Positions 23,456-37,207 of a stretch of 64,000 nt of DNA are shown one piece after another. The notes beneath the pieces were generated by a model. It ran no database searches. It was given only the letters and a program-made list of their open reading frames with translations, and was not told where the DNA came from. Each line of letters starts with the position of its first letter. The first letter of the stretch is position 1. Origin of the DNA: Plasmodiophora brassicae. Its lineage: Eukaryota. Position numbers and translations under genes: made by a program. The stretch spans positions 806,001 through 870,000 of the forward strand of contig CP145410.1 of assembly GCA_036867785.1 (NCBI GenBank), given 5' to 3'.

Positions 23456-25635
23456 TCATATAACGTTCAGGTCCCGCAGCTCCTGCTCTTGAAGTTTCTT
23501 CAGGTTGGCACGGTTCACAAACTGAGAATCAATGTCAAAGTTTGAAGGAAACACTAAGACATAGGGTCCCCGTACATCTTGGTATTCCTTTGTCAACTTA
23601 AAACGCGGGTATGGGTCTGTTCGCATGAGTTCGACGACTTCCAGCTGGGCGATATTGAACACGTTAACGAGGTCTTTGTACTTCTCCTTCAACAGAGGAT
23701 GGACACCATCATCCACGGCAGACGCTGCCGAACCATATCAACTGTCAGTGGGCACTGCATTTAATGGCCTGGTCCCCGCACTGACTTGATTTCCGATGCT
23801 GTTTGGGCTGGTTCTGACCGTCGTCTGCAACAGTGGCATCGACGACGAGTGACGAGCGGTGTAAATTCTCAACCAACGGGTACATCGAGTTACGATGCTT
23901 TCCGGCCGTCTCTGAACCTGCGTTCGTACCAGGCGTCGAAGCCGGGTCCCCGTTTTGTTTGGGGGCAGTCTGCGCTTTGTACTTGCTGTTCAGATTGGCG
24001 ACAGCCTGCTCGACGCGCTGCCTCTGCCCAGCGCTGATGTTAACTTGCAGACGGGAACCTTCCTTGATGTAGTTCGCGTTGATATCGTTGACTGCGGCCA
24101 AGATGGCCGGCAGTTCAGCCAGATTCAAGCTCTGTTAGCGTCACATTTACATACCATCGAAAACTAATATGCATAGCGCTTTTACCACGGGGGTCTCTTG
24201 GGAAGCTCCGTACAGATGCGACCACACCATTTCGCGATAGGATTCGATTTCAGACCAGAACAGAGCAGACTCGACACAGAAACATCCGATCTAGCAGGAA
24301 CTGTCAACGTTGCGCTGCACTGATGCGATGAGACGGGTAGACTATACCAAGTACTTCTGGAACGCGGCAAACCCTTCTGGCGACTTGAGGATGCCAGCGA
24401 GAGACGTAATGTCACCGGTCTGGTGGTTGTCGCTCGACGCATCCAGACGTTCGCCGTATGACTTTACGATTGGGATCATGGTTGTCTGGATGAACAGCAG
24501 CAAGGCGAAAACCAGGGGCAAGAAAGCTTTGATGTCGGACACCTACAGTAGTTAAGGAATCAGCGGTTACTCAGTATAACACGAAACGAGGCCTACAATG
24601 ATTCCGTAGGACGACGGGACAATAGTGAACGCGAAAGCAAGGGTCCAGTCAAGAACGAGCAGCCAGAAGATGGTCTTTAGCTCATTCTTGATGCCGAACG
24701 CGTCGAAAGTTTTGCGAAGTTTCAGTGCAAACACGAATAGTCCCAGAAGGTAGGCGACGCCGACAACTGGGATGAGCGCATTGTACCAGGTTGGTAACGT
24801 GCACACGTTTTGCGGGATATCCGTATACTTCCCTGAAAGCTCAGTTCAGTGACAGGTTGCAGTGTTGGGCAAATCGACGACGCTGTTACCAGACAAGGAC
24901 AGATAGACGGCAGGGCCGAAAAACAACACGGTGTTGAATATCGTGTACATGGCAGTGAACGCGTCCGAGATGAAGAATCGATGATTGGAGTACCTGGGAA
25001 CAAGTCAGTCCTACGCCGAGAGAATACACCATCCATTGCCCACCATGTTTCTTTGCCGTCCATCGTTTTCTGACCACCCATACTCTGAGTCGAAATGCTG
25101 CTCCGACGCTTGTCAGCTACAGTCGTTTGTTTGCCTCTCAGCTGAGAGCGCTCGTGCTATACACACGAGGATGAGTCTCTGATGGCCAGCCTTCTGGAAC
25201 AGAACGTACAGCGAGTTCGAATTTGAAGAACATGCGCCAGGAACGCAGTAAAAAGATCGAAGATATGAAGCCGATTGCGACAGGGATCTGCCAGACTTCG
25301 AAGAGGCAGCTGACAGCCTAAAGTGGGGTAAGGAACGCGTTACAATTGGTACCTAAACACCACCGACCGGAAACATCGCCATCGTGCAGCGTAAGAAGGT
25401 CCCGAGTAAAAACCTACGACAGGTAAGCGATTAATGTACCTGGCACAACGTCTTTTCTCATGCGTACGTACGCGATATTCGTAAGAAGAGACAGACCGTT
25501 GTCACGGGCCTTGATGGGTTGCACATCACGCCGAACGTACATCCAGATGGCACCTCCAATGTACAGGATGCCGGCGCCAGCCATCCAGATCAGGAAGAGC
25601 CAGAACGTCGCTGGATTGGAAGAGACCAGAACCAT
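23456..25635 (-). CDS. 7TM-RGS protein (membrane domain fused to regulator of G-protein signalling)
   Basis: TM1 followed by RRDVQPIKAR; further TM exons (DAFGIKNEL); RGS box ILKSPEGFAAFQKYL...YIKEGSRLQVNIS...VFNIAQLEVVELMRTDPYPRF. Confidence 0.88.
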
Positions 25636-25899
25636 GGTGGCGTCGCTGGGTCCACGGGCCTAGGCAAGCTGGTACGACGGCTATTGGTCACGTCACGTCT
25701 GCGCACACGCCAGTTCCAGCTCCTCGATGCTTGCCGCCTGACACGCCGGGTAGGGACAGAGCACGAAGGCAGCCAAGAACGAGCGCGCACGACCCTTAAG
25801 GAATGATGCCGACCGCAGGACCGGGTACCATTGATCGGTCTTAGTTCAATCAAGATATTTCGCTAAGCTAATCGTCCTTCGATCTTGAGGCATACGACT

Positions 25900-25919
25900 A
25901 CCTACCTATATAGGTAGGT
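25900..25919. promoter_or_regulatory. Perfect 20-bp palindrome in divergent promoter
   Basis: ACCTACCTATATAGGTAGGT lies between the starts of 7TM-RGS (-) and CEP290 (+). Confidence 0.35.
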
Positions 25920-26075
25920 TCCCCACACCCTTGGAATCTCTGGATCCTTTCGCTTGCAGCAATATCAGCGTTATTATACCATGACTTGGTGACAACGCAA
26001 AACGGCAGAAAGTTCAACTAGACCAGGCGTTTTTTGGCGCCTTCAGGACCTGAGCCGAATCTCGCCTGATGAGCG

Positions 26076-29000
26076 ATGTCGGAACAGCAGCCGGGCAGTA
26101 GCGCATTGGTAGTTAGAGCACCTCCAGGCTCAGCCGCTGCGTTTCTCGACAAGAAAACACAACGTGAGCTGGAGGATCAGATTCAGCAGTTGAAGGGCGA
26201 ATGTGCCCAGAAGGATGCCATCATTGCCGACCTGACGGCGATATCGTCCACTGGACGGTTGCAGGTCCGGACAACGAATCACTATATTCGTGCGATATCA
26301 CCACTATGTTGACACTCGGGTATGTAGAAACAACTCCAGAAGGCGTTAGAAGATAATCGCGATCTGAAGAAGGAGATATCTCGTCTCTATGAGGAGCAAC
26401 AGAGTGTATGTTCAGTGATTCACCAGGCCTGTAGCTTTGCGGTGTTGAACCTTCCGTAACAGGTCGCAGAACTGCAAGCTAAGCTAGAAGCTCAAGAGGC
26501 GACCACGCAATCTGTTCGAGATGAGTTCAGTGAGTTTCGAGAGCAGACAAGAATTGGTATCGAGCAAATGAAGCAGGTAAGCGCTGTCATTCTTAGGACG
26601 TGCGATGGCGTTCGTTGATTTCTCCTATAGGATCGTGAACGGCTTGACGCGGAGCTCAATGACGTTGATTCGCGTGTTCAGTCGTTCCGTCAGGCAGAAC
26701 ATGACGCAGTGGCTACAGTGTCCCAGCTAGAGGAAAGGGTAAGGCCGCGCCGCCTTTAATGCAATTCCTATACTTAACTGACTTTATCTTTTGTGTGGTG
26801 AAACAGGTCGAAACGTTGGAAGAAGAGCTAGCATCTCAAACGCAGCTCGTCCTCAAACTCAAAGACGGAACGCGACTTGGTATTGCTATTCGAATAGGAT
26901 GGTAACCGGAGTTGCTGACGACTATTGCAGAGGAGCTGGAAGCTACAATCAGCACACTCACACAATCCCTGTCTCAAAAAGAGTGGGAGAGAGAGCAGCT
27001 TGAATCAGAATTAGCCACATCCCGAGATGAGTACGCGCAAATCGTTAAGAAATACGAAGAGTTCGAGCACCGTATTCAGGTTATATAATGTGTTTCGTTG
27101 TCGTTTCTGTTCTCGGCTGATGCTGAATCATTCTGACAGTCTGGACTTAATGAAGCCTCTACCGAAGTACAAGTTCAGTTGGTCAAGTACAAAGCGCTGG
27201 CATCCGAGAGGTAAAAACTGTGAATATAGAGACCACTTCTTTTGACAGTGTCCTCTAACAGGGAATCGGAGCTAGTACGTGAACGCGAACGATACGCCCA
27301 GCTCGAAAGTCGTGTGCAACGAACTGATAGGGAGCTTCTTGACGCATATGAGCAAATTCATCAGTATGAGGAAGGTCACTACAACCACTATATCCTGAGG
27401 TTCATAAACTCAGGCAGTCCAAATAGGTTATGGAATCGACGAGGCGATGCGGGATCAGAGAAAGCTGAAGGCTGCAATGATTCTGCGTGAGGAAGAAAAT
27501 TCTCAGCTATCGGCGAAGTTGAGCGTACGCGAAGGGCAGCTACAACGACTAGCCGATGAGAATGGGTCAGCTTGCCTTAGTTTACAAATCGTGATGGTTT
27601 AACAATTGCTTCCAGTATCTTGAGGCTGAAAGCAGGAGTCGACCCGAGTTGGGGCGTAAGTGAAGCTGAGCTTGAACTTGAACACAACGTTGAAAAAGAG
27701 AAGCTGAACTCTCTCGTTGAATACTACAAAGAACATACCGAGCGATTGGAGCGCGAGAGGTATATACCAGTAGGCTCTGGTATCAGCTCCGGGACTCATT
27801 AAGTGTCAGGGTTGAGTTACTTGAGGAACTTCGTCTTAAGGCCGTTCAAAACGGAGAATCCGGCGTAGTTTACTTTGGACTTTCTGCTGACAAAATGCAT
27901 TTACTAGATCAGGTTATGGATGTATCACTGATGCATATTACTGGTGATGCTTAACGCGTCTTCTTTAGTATGCCGATCGCCTTCGTGAAGGTGATACCAG
28001 TTTGCCTGAAACGGACGAGACAAGTCGCATAAAAGGCCAGCTCGCGGATATGTCTTTACAGCTGGAAGAAATGCGGAACAAATATGCCGAAGTTGTTACT
28101 TGCTCTTCCTGTGGTATAGTCGGATATATCTGACGCTGTCTGCTTAGGTTGCCGTTGAGCGGAATGAGCTGCGACTCTCTTTGCAGAACGTCATGCAGAA
28201 GCAAAATGACGATCGAGTGGATCGCATTCTCGAAGGTATTCGTCAACTTCAAGCTGGTCAAAAGGCCGATGAGATACTTTTTATACCAAACGAGCTGGAT
28301 GGTGAAGTTACCCCTCAGCGAACTGATAGTGGAACTGTCCCAGTTTCAATGTAAGCTGCGTTCGACGGTTCATAATCTGGTGACTGAATCTGTTATCAGC
28401 TCTGCCGATTCTCCGGTTAATAATCATCCTGGAAATGTCGGCGCCGTGAAAGCACCCACACGAGGTCCTATCAGGTAGGTCACTGCTTGCTGGTTTCACG
28501 TCCCTGTGATGATGGATGACACTAGGAGTGAATTATCCGCCGAGCTGCTTCTTTGTATGGAGGAGCTGGTTGAATCTCAACAGCTGCTACAACAATCACA
28601 TGCAACAATTGCGAAATACGAATCATCGATGGCGCAGTTGAGCTCCCAAGTCCATGCGTTGGTCTACAAGCAGGGCGAAGTTACCAGACGTTTTAACAGC
28701 GAAAAGGCAGAAATGGAAGCTAGGCTCGAGGAGATGGTTGTTTCAGTTGCCCAACTAACAAGTGAACGCGATTCTGCTGTCGCGACAGTAGACCGTCTCA
28801 AGAAAGATTCAGATACCACAACCCTTGTGGACGAATATCGACGGTATGCTCGTAGTGTACAGCTTTTCTATATTGAAGCTGACCATGGCACAGTCAAATT
28901 GCGGTTCTCCAGTCGAACGAGATATTAATGACACGCAAGCAAAATGTTCTTGAACATACTCTTTCGGCCCTTGAATCGGTATACATCTCACCTCGGCTCT

Positions 29001-32000
29001 TTAGCTAAACTTACTTATTCGCATCGTCAGCGCGAGGCCAGTGCACGCGATGACCGGATATCCCTGGAGCGAGTCTTACATGCCCGCATTGTCCAACTGG
29101 AGGACGCAGTCAGTGCCTTGCAACAACGTCTCTCGACGACCGAACAACAGCTTCGCAACTCAGTATCCCAACACGTGTACGATGCTCTGCTCCGACGTCA
29201 TGCCACCACACATGCAAGGTATTTCCGAGAATACGTGTCTTGAACAAACTCAAATGACCATGGTGAAGGTTATCGGAATGTCTCGTCTTTGAGGCTGAAG
29301 AGCAGGTTCGCTCCCAGGAGTACAGTGAACTTCGTCAGAAAGCCGACTCCCATGCTGCTGATGCTGCACTAGCCTTGGAGAAAGTTGCTTCTCTCGAGGC
29401 CGCCCTCGTTATTCTTCAAGGCAAACTTGATAGTATTTCTTCAGGCAATGACGACCGCGTCCAACTAGTAGCGCAAGTTGCTGCGTTAGAAGTCAGAGAA
29501 GGGAACGCTATTCGTAGCGTAGCTCGCCTTGAGCAGCATGCAGCAGAGGCTTCTGGAAGATACGCCCAAGTGTGTGCCGACCTATCTGCGCTTGAAAAAG
29601 GTCACCATGACCTCCTTCTACGCTACCACAAAGCACGTGATGAAGCGGAGAAGCAACGAGAAGCGGCTGCCGCTTCTGACGCAAACCATGAGAAAGCAAT
29701 AGCCGATCTCCAATGCCAGCTCTCAGCTGCCCGACGTGATGCTGCACAGGCAAAGAAGCTACTCCAAGTTGCAAAGACGCAAGCTTTGCAACTTCGCGAA
29801 GGTCGTGAACAAGTGGAAATGGAAATTGAAGGCACATTAACAGTGAGGGTTTTGAGGTGATTGCCGATTAATCGATGAACAGGACTCCGTCTCGCGCTGA
29901 TTGACGCCCAGACTTCTAGCGACGATCAAGCGAAGATTGGTAGCTTGCATCATGAGTTAATTGCGACCCGTCTGGAGCTGCGCGAGCTTCAGCGTCGATG
30001 TGAATCACATCCGGATGCTGTCAACCGGTTTGGCATGTGTAGCTGGTACTGTTTGCGGAACCAACTAAATGGTACAGGCTTGAAGCTGAGATCTTGCGTC
30101 AAAATCAAGTTCGAGATGAGCTGATGGCGTCATCTTTCGTTGAAAATTCCGCCCTTCGTGCCCGAATCCGCTTCTTCCAAGTATGCCTGGCCGAAATCAA
30201 TACGCTGAACGCTGGTGTTCTCAATGCCGATCAAGCAGCAGCTCTACAGAATACTAATCGATATCTGTCACGAAGGCTTGAGTCGGCAAGAACTGGTAGC
30301 CACCTCATCATGCATCTCTCGAATGCGCTCGGTGATAACAACCATTCCGTCCAGAGGTTGTGCAGGCGGATCATCGACGTCGGCAAGCAGACCTGGCATT
30401 GGCACAGATGAGGGTCGAACTCGACAGCGCTAATGAGTTGGCAAGTACGTTCACTCAACTTCGGGGGACGTCCAAACAGTCTTCGCCACAAGCGACAGAA
30501 GAGCGACTGCAGATCCAGATCATAGAATGGAACAAGCGCCTCAAACATTTGAAGCTCGTTAATATGCAGCTTGAGGTTTGGCCATCGTCACCACTTTGTC
30601 GACGTGGAATTTATGTTTGTTGTTAGCATCAGTGTGCGTCGCTTCAACACAAGATTGCCTTCCAGGAAAAGAGCCTGTCTGAGAACGCCTCGGAGATAGT
30701 TCGTTTACAAAATCTTGTTGCTGAAAAGGTTCGAACATCTTGTGTCCTCGACACGTTATCTTCTTATAACAATTGCCAGGATTCTGCTCTTGAAACGCAT
30801 CAGTTATACTTCAAACAGCAGACCTCGTCAATGCTTGAACTCGCCCAGAAGCGCTCTGGAAACCCTGGAGGTGAAGCCGTCACCTCTTCTGATCAGTCCG
30901 CTCTGCAAGCACACTTCGAATCGGAAATTGGGCGGCTCCATGCTGAAGTGCGTTCGGCGAGCTCCATGATCGATTCCAAGAATGAAGTCATCGAGCTCTT
31001 ACGGCAACAAGTGGCACGGTCGGTGTCGTCCCCGGTGGATGTATAAGCTTTACCCTAAAACTTGGGCAACGCAGACTTGAATCCCAGATTAGAATCGATG
31101 CCGACCGAGAGAACGAAGCTGGGAACGCCAACTTTGAGCAGGCAGACGCAGCCAAAGATCGTATTCTGAAAACAGCTGATCTCACCATTCGTAGCCTGCG
31201 GAACCTGTTGAACCAGAAGAATGATGCACTAGGCAAATATCGGTAAACGTGCGACAACCTGACAACGTTTTCGCAACCGTTAACAAACTCGTTTACAGAG
31301 AATTGTTGCAGCGCGCTCTGTCAAAATATCAGACCGAAAAGGAGGTTGACCAAATGGCTCTGGAGCGATTGCACACTCAGTTAGTCGAAGACAAGGCTGA
31401 ACATTCTGCTGCGCTGCACGCTGCGTTGCAAAGAATCTCAGAACTGGATCGAATTCCTTCAACGTTGATACCCTCGGCACGACTTGATGAAGTCGTCGCG
31501 GAGAAGGATGCTCGCAATCAGGTAGGCCTATCATTGTCACTCTACGTTCGCACGCCATTATCGTGAACGCTGCGTTATAGGCTCTGTCGGTGGAATTACA
31601 AAGTGTGCAGAGGCTTCTACAGGCAGCCAATGAGCGGTGAGTTGCCGAACTTAAACTGCTTACTTCGCTGAAACATCACACTTCAGAATCGCCCAGCTCC
31701 AAACACACGAGCAGGAACTCGAGGTGCATGTCAGGTCATTAGAGGCAGATCTAAAGCCAAGTCATGAAACCGAAAACTGCCTCGCAAGCATGCGGGAGAA
31801 ACTTGCCGAGAAAGATCGCAAGCAGAAGCACCTCGAAAACGCAATTATGCAGTTAAAGGAGGAGCTAGTCAGTATTGCCAACCGTGTTACTCCTAAGCAG
31901 GTACGTTGTTTTATCGCACGTTTCTCTGGTAAATAACGCTAACTGAACTACAGAGCGTTGAGTCAGAAGCGACGCAAAAGTCAATCGATGCTCTTCGAAC

Positions 32001-34358
32001 CGCTTTAAAAAAGGCTGAATCCCAGAAAGTACACGTTGAACAACGGAACCGGTGAGCTGCGACTTGCGACAGTGTACTCCAGTTCTCTTGTGAACAATCG
32101 AATAGGCAAATCATCGGAGAACGTGATTCCCTCAGAAATGAGTTGGCATCGCTGCGGACAACAACAAAGGAACGTAACGAAGTGACAGAATCAGAAAGGG
32201 CCCTTCGCTCACAAGTCGAATCACTTTCTGGTAAGCTCGAGAGCGCTCAGGCAATGTATCTGTCAACGAAAAAGCGGCTGCGAACAGCCCAAATGGAGTT
32301 GTCATCAGGTTTGATCCATTTACTGTATGTTTGCCTTTCCTTACCGACATGGCATGCTGTAGTTCAAACAGAGTGCGAAGCCCTTCGAAAGCGTACAGTT
32401 GAACATGAAACGACGATCCAGACTTTAAACTCATCGATGGAGGAGCTGAGGCGCGGCTTACAGCAATCTGCTAACCGTCAGTGTTCGTTTCATCGATATT
32501 CCTCAGCATCGGAGTGACGTTATACATTTGTAGCGTCTCAAGTGACACAGTCATGCAGTCCTATTCGTATGCCAAGTCCAAGCAATGCCGGTGTGCAAGT
32601 ACCTGACGAGATAGACGGTAGCGCATCCACCGGAGCGTTCGAGAACTGGGAACAGCTGAAGAAACTGTCGAAACGAATCGATAACCTCAAGGTTTAGGTA
32701 GTTTGCATCTCATGCTGACACGGTAACTAAGGAAACCATTAGGCGAAACTCAAAGAGCGCAGCGAAGAACTTCGGGAATCGCGGCAGACAGCCTGCGAAT
32801 TGGAGCGCCGGTTGAAGGCTGTCGAAGTTGAAAAGCTGAACTTGATTGCTGAGCTCCAAACTGCGGAGGCCCAGCATGCGAACGAGGATAACCTTATTGC
32901 GGATTCAGTCAGTCATATTGTCGGACCCTTGGCAGTTAGTGGTGCTTAACTATCCGCCGATCAGGCTACTATGGAATCTATTGAAGAGCTTCGGGCGCAG
33001 CTGTTCGAAGCGCATGAGCAAATTCATTCTCTACAACAAAAGTATGGCATCGATGTTAAGAGTGAGCTGTCGCTGCTCATTATCTTGCGTTTTAGGCTGA
33101 ACGTCGAATGCACCGCTGTGCGAAAGCAGTTGGAGTTCGAGAGGGATGAACTTCGCCTGCAGTTGAAAGAGCGTTTGCCACGTACCCGTCATGACAACTC
33201 GAAATTGAAGCAAGAAAGAGACGTCAGTGGTGCTCGAACAGTTCCGGTCAAGGGTACTGATGCGGCTTGTTGCCCCATATAGGAGCTTGCTGAGCGAAAT
33301 CTAACGGTGTGCTGTGAAAATCTCGACCTGCGATTCGACAAGGAACATTCAGCGATAGTGATACAACGGTTGCGAAAACGCATCAAACAGCTAGAGCATT
33401 ATAAGAACTTCAAGGGCAATGAGCGTTCTCACTCCGGTGGACAACCTGCCAAGGTAATCTGAAGAGAACGTCATTGAAAAGCTTTCGGTTTTAATATGGA
33501 ATGCAGGATTCGAAGATCGAAGCCGAGCTTAAATCAACAGTCGAGTCCATGGGTCAGATTATTGACCGGTTGAAGTCCGACAATGAGACGCTTCGAATGA
33601 ACTCGCATTCTCACCTGAAGTACTCCGAAGCCGTGAGGGCTTTGAAAAAGGTACTGCTGGTACTCGTCGACTGATAGTTAGAGATAACCAAAACGGCGGT
33701 AGGCTAAACAAGACTGGACTACCGAAGTCCAGTCTCTAAAGGCAGAACTTCACGCGAAGTCTGAGCAAATTGGTGCAATGGCTCGTGCAGACTCCTCGCA
33801 GAAGGTTGCCATGAGAACCATTCGCAAAGAATTGACACGGGTGGGTGCGCTGTGTTCCTAAACCAGACCTCTGTTGAATCCCCTACTGTATAGGTCAAAA
33901 AGGAGCTAGTTGCCAAGGTGGCAGAATGCGAACTGCTGTCAGGCTCGGTGACCGCTCTCGAGAAGCAGGCCGAGCTCTTGAGGAAAAGCCTTGAGAAGGC
34001 CGAGGCAAAGGACCGCGCGCAATCGCGCCCGCGTAATAACGCTCTTTGTCGCCACCGACCATTGTGTCCTCATGTCCACTTCTCAGATTCGCCTATGCAT
34101 TCGACTGGGATTCAAGATCTCGAACGGCAGTGTGCGGATCTCATGGCGGAGAACGAGGTAGTACTGGGCGTATTTGAACGTGCGCCCGATGCTTGTCTTA
34201 CTTCCGCCACGTAGGCCCTGAAAACGGAACTCAGTGCATTTGACATGACCTTCTTTGACGAGATCGAAGACCTGAAGTATCAATATTCCGAAGTGTCCAA
34301 ACGGCTCGCACAGTATAGAGCACAGTTCGGCGATTTACCCGCCGTTAAGCAAATATAA
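26076..34358 (+). CDS. CEP290: CEP290 ciliary transition-zone coiled-coil protein (many short exons)
   Basis: Long spliced coiled coil; YEE|GYGIDEA, LIDAQTSSDDQAKIGSLH, ENLDLRFDKE, and C-terminal ELSAFDMTFFDEIEDLKYQY resembling the CEP290 C-terminus. Confidence 0.85.
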
Positions 34359-34574
34359 ATTAAACTATGCCCATGTTTCTGGTACTGGGCGTTCTACCCT
34401 AGAGTAGGAAGCGTCGTACATACGCCTGCCGTCGCGAGGGTGCGTCTGGCTGTCGCTAATCTGGCGCCAGTTTTACTTTCAGAAAATCTCGTCTGAATTG
34501 GGCCTGTGCCGACTACGTGGATGCCATCCTTCCTGTTCCCGGCTTCGGCGTTGCACGTATCAGTGTGTATTGTT

Positions 34575-35739
34575 TCAGCGTCCTACGTTGCGAAGTAGGT
34601 CGATCCTGCTGCCGAACGGTGCTGATGGCGCCGACTGCCGCAAGCGGCTTTCCATGCCATCCTGGTTTCTGCCACCAGTTGGACGGTCCTGGCGGACCTG
34701 CGATGATGACAGCGAATACTGCTGCCGAGAGCGATCCTGGTAGAGCCGTGGCGACGAGTACGAATATGGCTGACGAGGGCGTTCCAAGAACGAAGGCATC
34801 ACCAGAGACGATGGACTCGATAGGTTCCCAACTTGGACAGCAGGCAAACTCGGCTCGCCATTTGGCTGTACATCATCATCAATTTCGGTCTCCGCCTCAG
34901 CATGAATCGATTCAGCCTCCGGCTCCAGTGACAATTGCTCCAGTGACAATTGCTCAATCAGGTTGAGGTTTCCGTTCGACAACGGCGCATTCTGGTCAGG
35001 ATCCGCTTGACCCTTGATGGTTTCCTGCACTTTTCTGTCAGGCGTTTGGTCGGCGTCATCAACGGGTGAAGGAGACGGCGACGGGGTTCTGTGCAACTGG
35101 GCAATACGAAGGGCCTCCTGGGATACGCTCCTGAGTTGGTAATTCGGAAAGCAGCCGACTAGTTTGTGCCTATCATGGTTGGCGGGGAACCTGACATTAA
35201 ACGAAACGCCCTCGTAGTCGATCATGACTGGGTAGTCCTTATCTTCGCCGTCGTCGAGCCACTGAGCGACGACGTTCGGAAGAACGCCTGACGATAACGA
35301 CGGGCAGATTGAGGTCTGCCAGTGACCCATGATGAAGAGCAGATCGCGGTTGAGGATAACCTTCGGAAGCAATTTCTCTTTGGTAAACGGTGACACGCAG
35401 AGGTAGGCTTGCTTCTCCATTGTGCACCATTTCTGCAACGTTGCCAGATCGTACGTGTAACCATCCGATGCCACGATCGGGTATGTCAGTAGTTCGAACG
35501 AGAGCGGGTCGTGGAACGCTATGCGCAAGGCAGCAAGTCAGTGATGCTATTGGATCAACGCGATGCACGGCCAAACCTTCCACGCGACCGACGTGACATG
35601 CGGATCCATCGTCGGGTGGGGCACCAAACCTGGTTATGCCAGTTTGCCCCACAACCTTGAACGTAAGGTACGCATCGACGAGCGTCCTCGCCGAACTGAT
35701 CACAACAGAAACGACGATGGCGGTGAGAATCGACACCAT
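34575..35739 (-). CDS. U-box domain protein with N-terminal hydrophobic anchor/signal
   Basis: MVSILTAIVVSVVISSA; AFHDPLSFELLTYPIVASDGYTYD...SPFTKEKL...ILNRDL; disordered C-terminus. Confidence 0.7.
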
Positions 35740-36076
35740 AACGGACGAATCGAGCAAGCGCGCGGCGTTGACGTTGTGGCGGTTTGCCGCCGGTACACCT
35801 ACCAACGCGTGTCGCGCTATTCCGATTTCTGATCTCCCCAGGGCGAGAACTCCGCGAACTTCGCCGCGGCCTCCGTCTGCCGACAGACGCTTCGCTACTG
35901 GCCAATTACCAGCCAAATATGGCATCTCCACCGCCGTTGCTCTTGCTCTGCTACTAATCCTTTACGTGGCCGAAGCGTGCTACCACGTCCACGCCGGCCC
36001 AAACGGCTACTTAGCGCAAAGCAATTGAACGTTATATCACTGTCGTTAGCTCCCCAGACGCCGGAGGAGGCCATCG

Positions 36077-36917
36077 ATGGGCTTGGAGTCGATCTCGCAG
36101 ACCATCAAGCAGGGTGATTAACAGAACTGCGCTGGTGTTGGGTCGACGTGGCCAATCAGCACCATCATACAGGCGCAGACTGAGGCCCACCAGCGAGTAG
36201 GTATGGACGTTTTATCCATCTCCTGTGCAGGCTCCTGCTGCTGTTCTCCGTTTGTCAGCAGAATCATGTTCAGACGGTATCGGCTGGGAGGCGTTATTTA
36301 CTTTTCCAGAATACGAGTGGGCTGAGGGAGCCGGCGAGGTTCGGTTAATTCATCACAGGGCCGTACTACCGACCCGTGCATACGTTGAATGCACGAATGG
36401 GGCAACGTTTTGCCACACGTTCAGCGTGCAGTTCGTGGCTTGGCAGTGGAATTGCGGTTGAACCGAGGGGGACATGGCGTACGGCGACGAACTCGGTGAG
36501 GCGGTTGACGTCGAGGCCGCGGAGATTGATGAGGGCGAAGGTGTCGTCGCTGGCGGCGACCCGACGAAAGTCTACGAAATGATCACCAGCCACATGCAAG
36601 ACATTCTGACGTCTGTGAAATCGGATCTGATGTACAGCTGACCACCGCCCAAACTCGATACTGTAAACGGTGCTGATGTGTGATGCGATCAGAGCTCCAC
36701 TGCAGGACGCGCTCGATTGGGTCCAAGGTGAACTGACAGAGAAGGGCCATTCCATGCTGGACGACGCTAATGAGCAGACCAAGTAGGGGAGCGTAAAATC
36801 CCGTTTCAATTTCTCTCATCCTCGATCACGTGGATCAGTTCGACCGTCACCCGCGAGATCGACTACGTCAACAAGTGCTGCACGACATTCCAGAACAGCA
36901 TTCGTCGGCGCGCCTGA
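36077..36917 (+). CDS. Hypothetical protein(s), gene structure ambiguous
   Basis: Clean spliced segment MAYGDELG...SDLI|APLQDALDW...|STVTREIDY...RRRA* (36474-36917); upstream exons from MGLESISQ (36077) do not join unambiguously. Confidence 0.4.
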
Positions 36918-37207
36918 ACCGAATCCTGCAGACTTGCGGCTGTTGAGCAATACCATTGCGTCGTTAGCGTTCTCATGGCCCGTCCAATTGTGTGTGTGTG
37001 CCTAGACTCAACAAGCGACAGCGACTGTCGGCGTGGTATATTTAGAGCGGTAGGGGTCCGGTCACAGGACACGATCGCCAATCGGGACGACATCCTGGCC
37101 TATTACGCCCCGACCTGACGTCAGCCGCGAGGCGCGAGTCTAAATCGAGCGCAAGGGATTGCCGACCAGTTGGACGGCGATCGTGAACAGCCCATTACCC
37201 ATTGGGG

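Noticed and set aside
3305-34358. Possible ciliary gene cluster (Cdc14, MAK/ICK, CEP290)
   Set aside because: The genes are dispersed among unrelated housekeeping genes; this density is unremarkable for a flagellate genome
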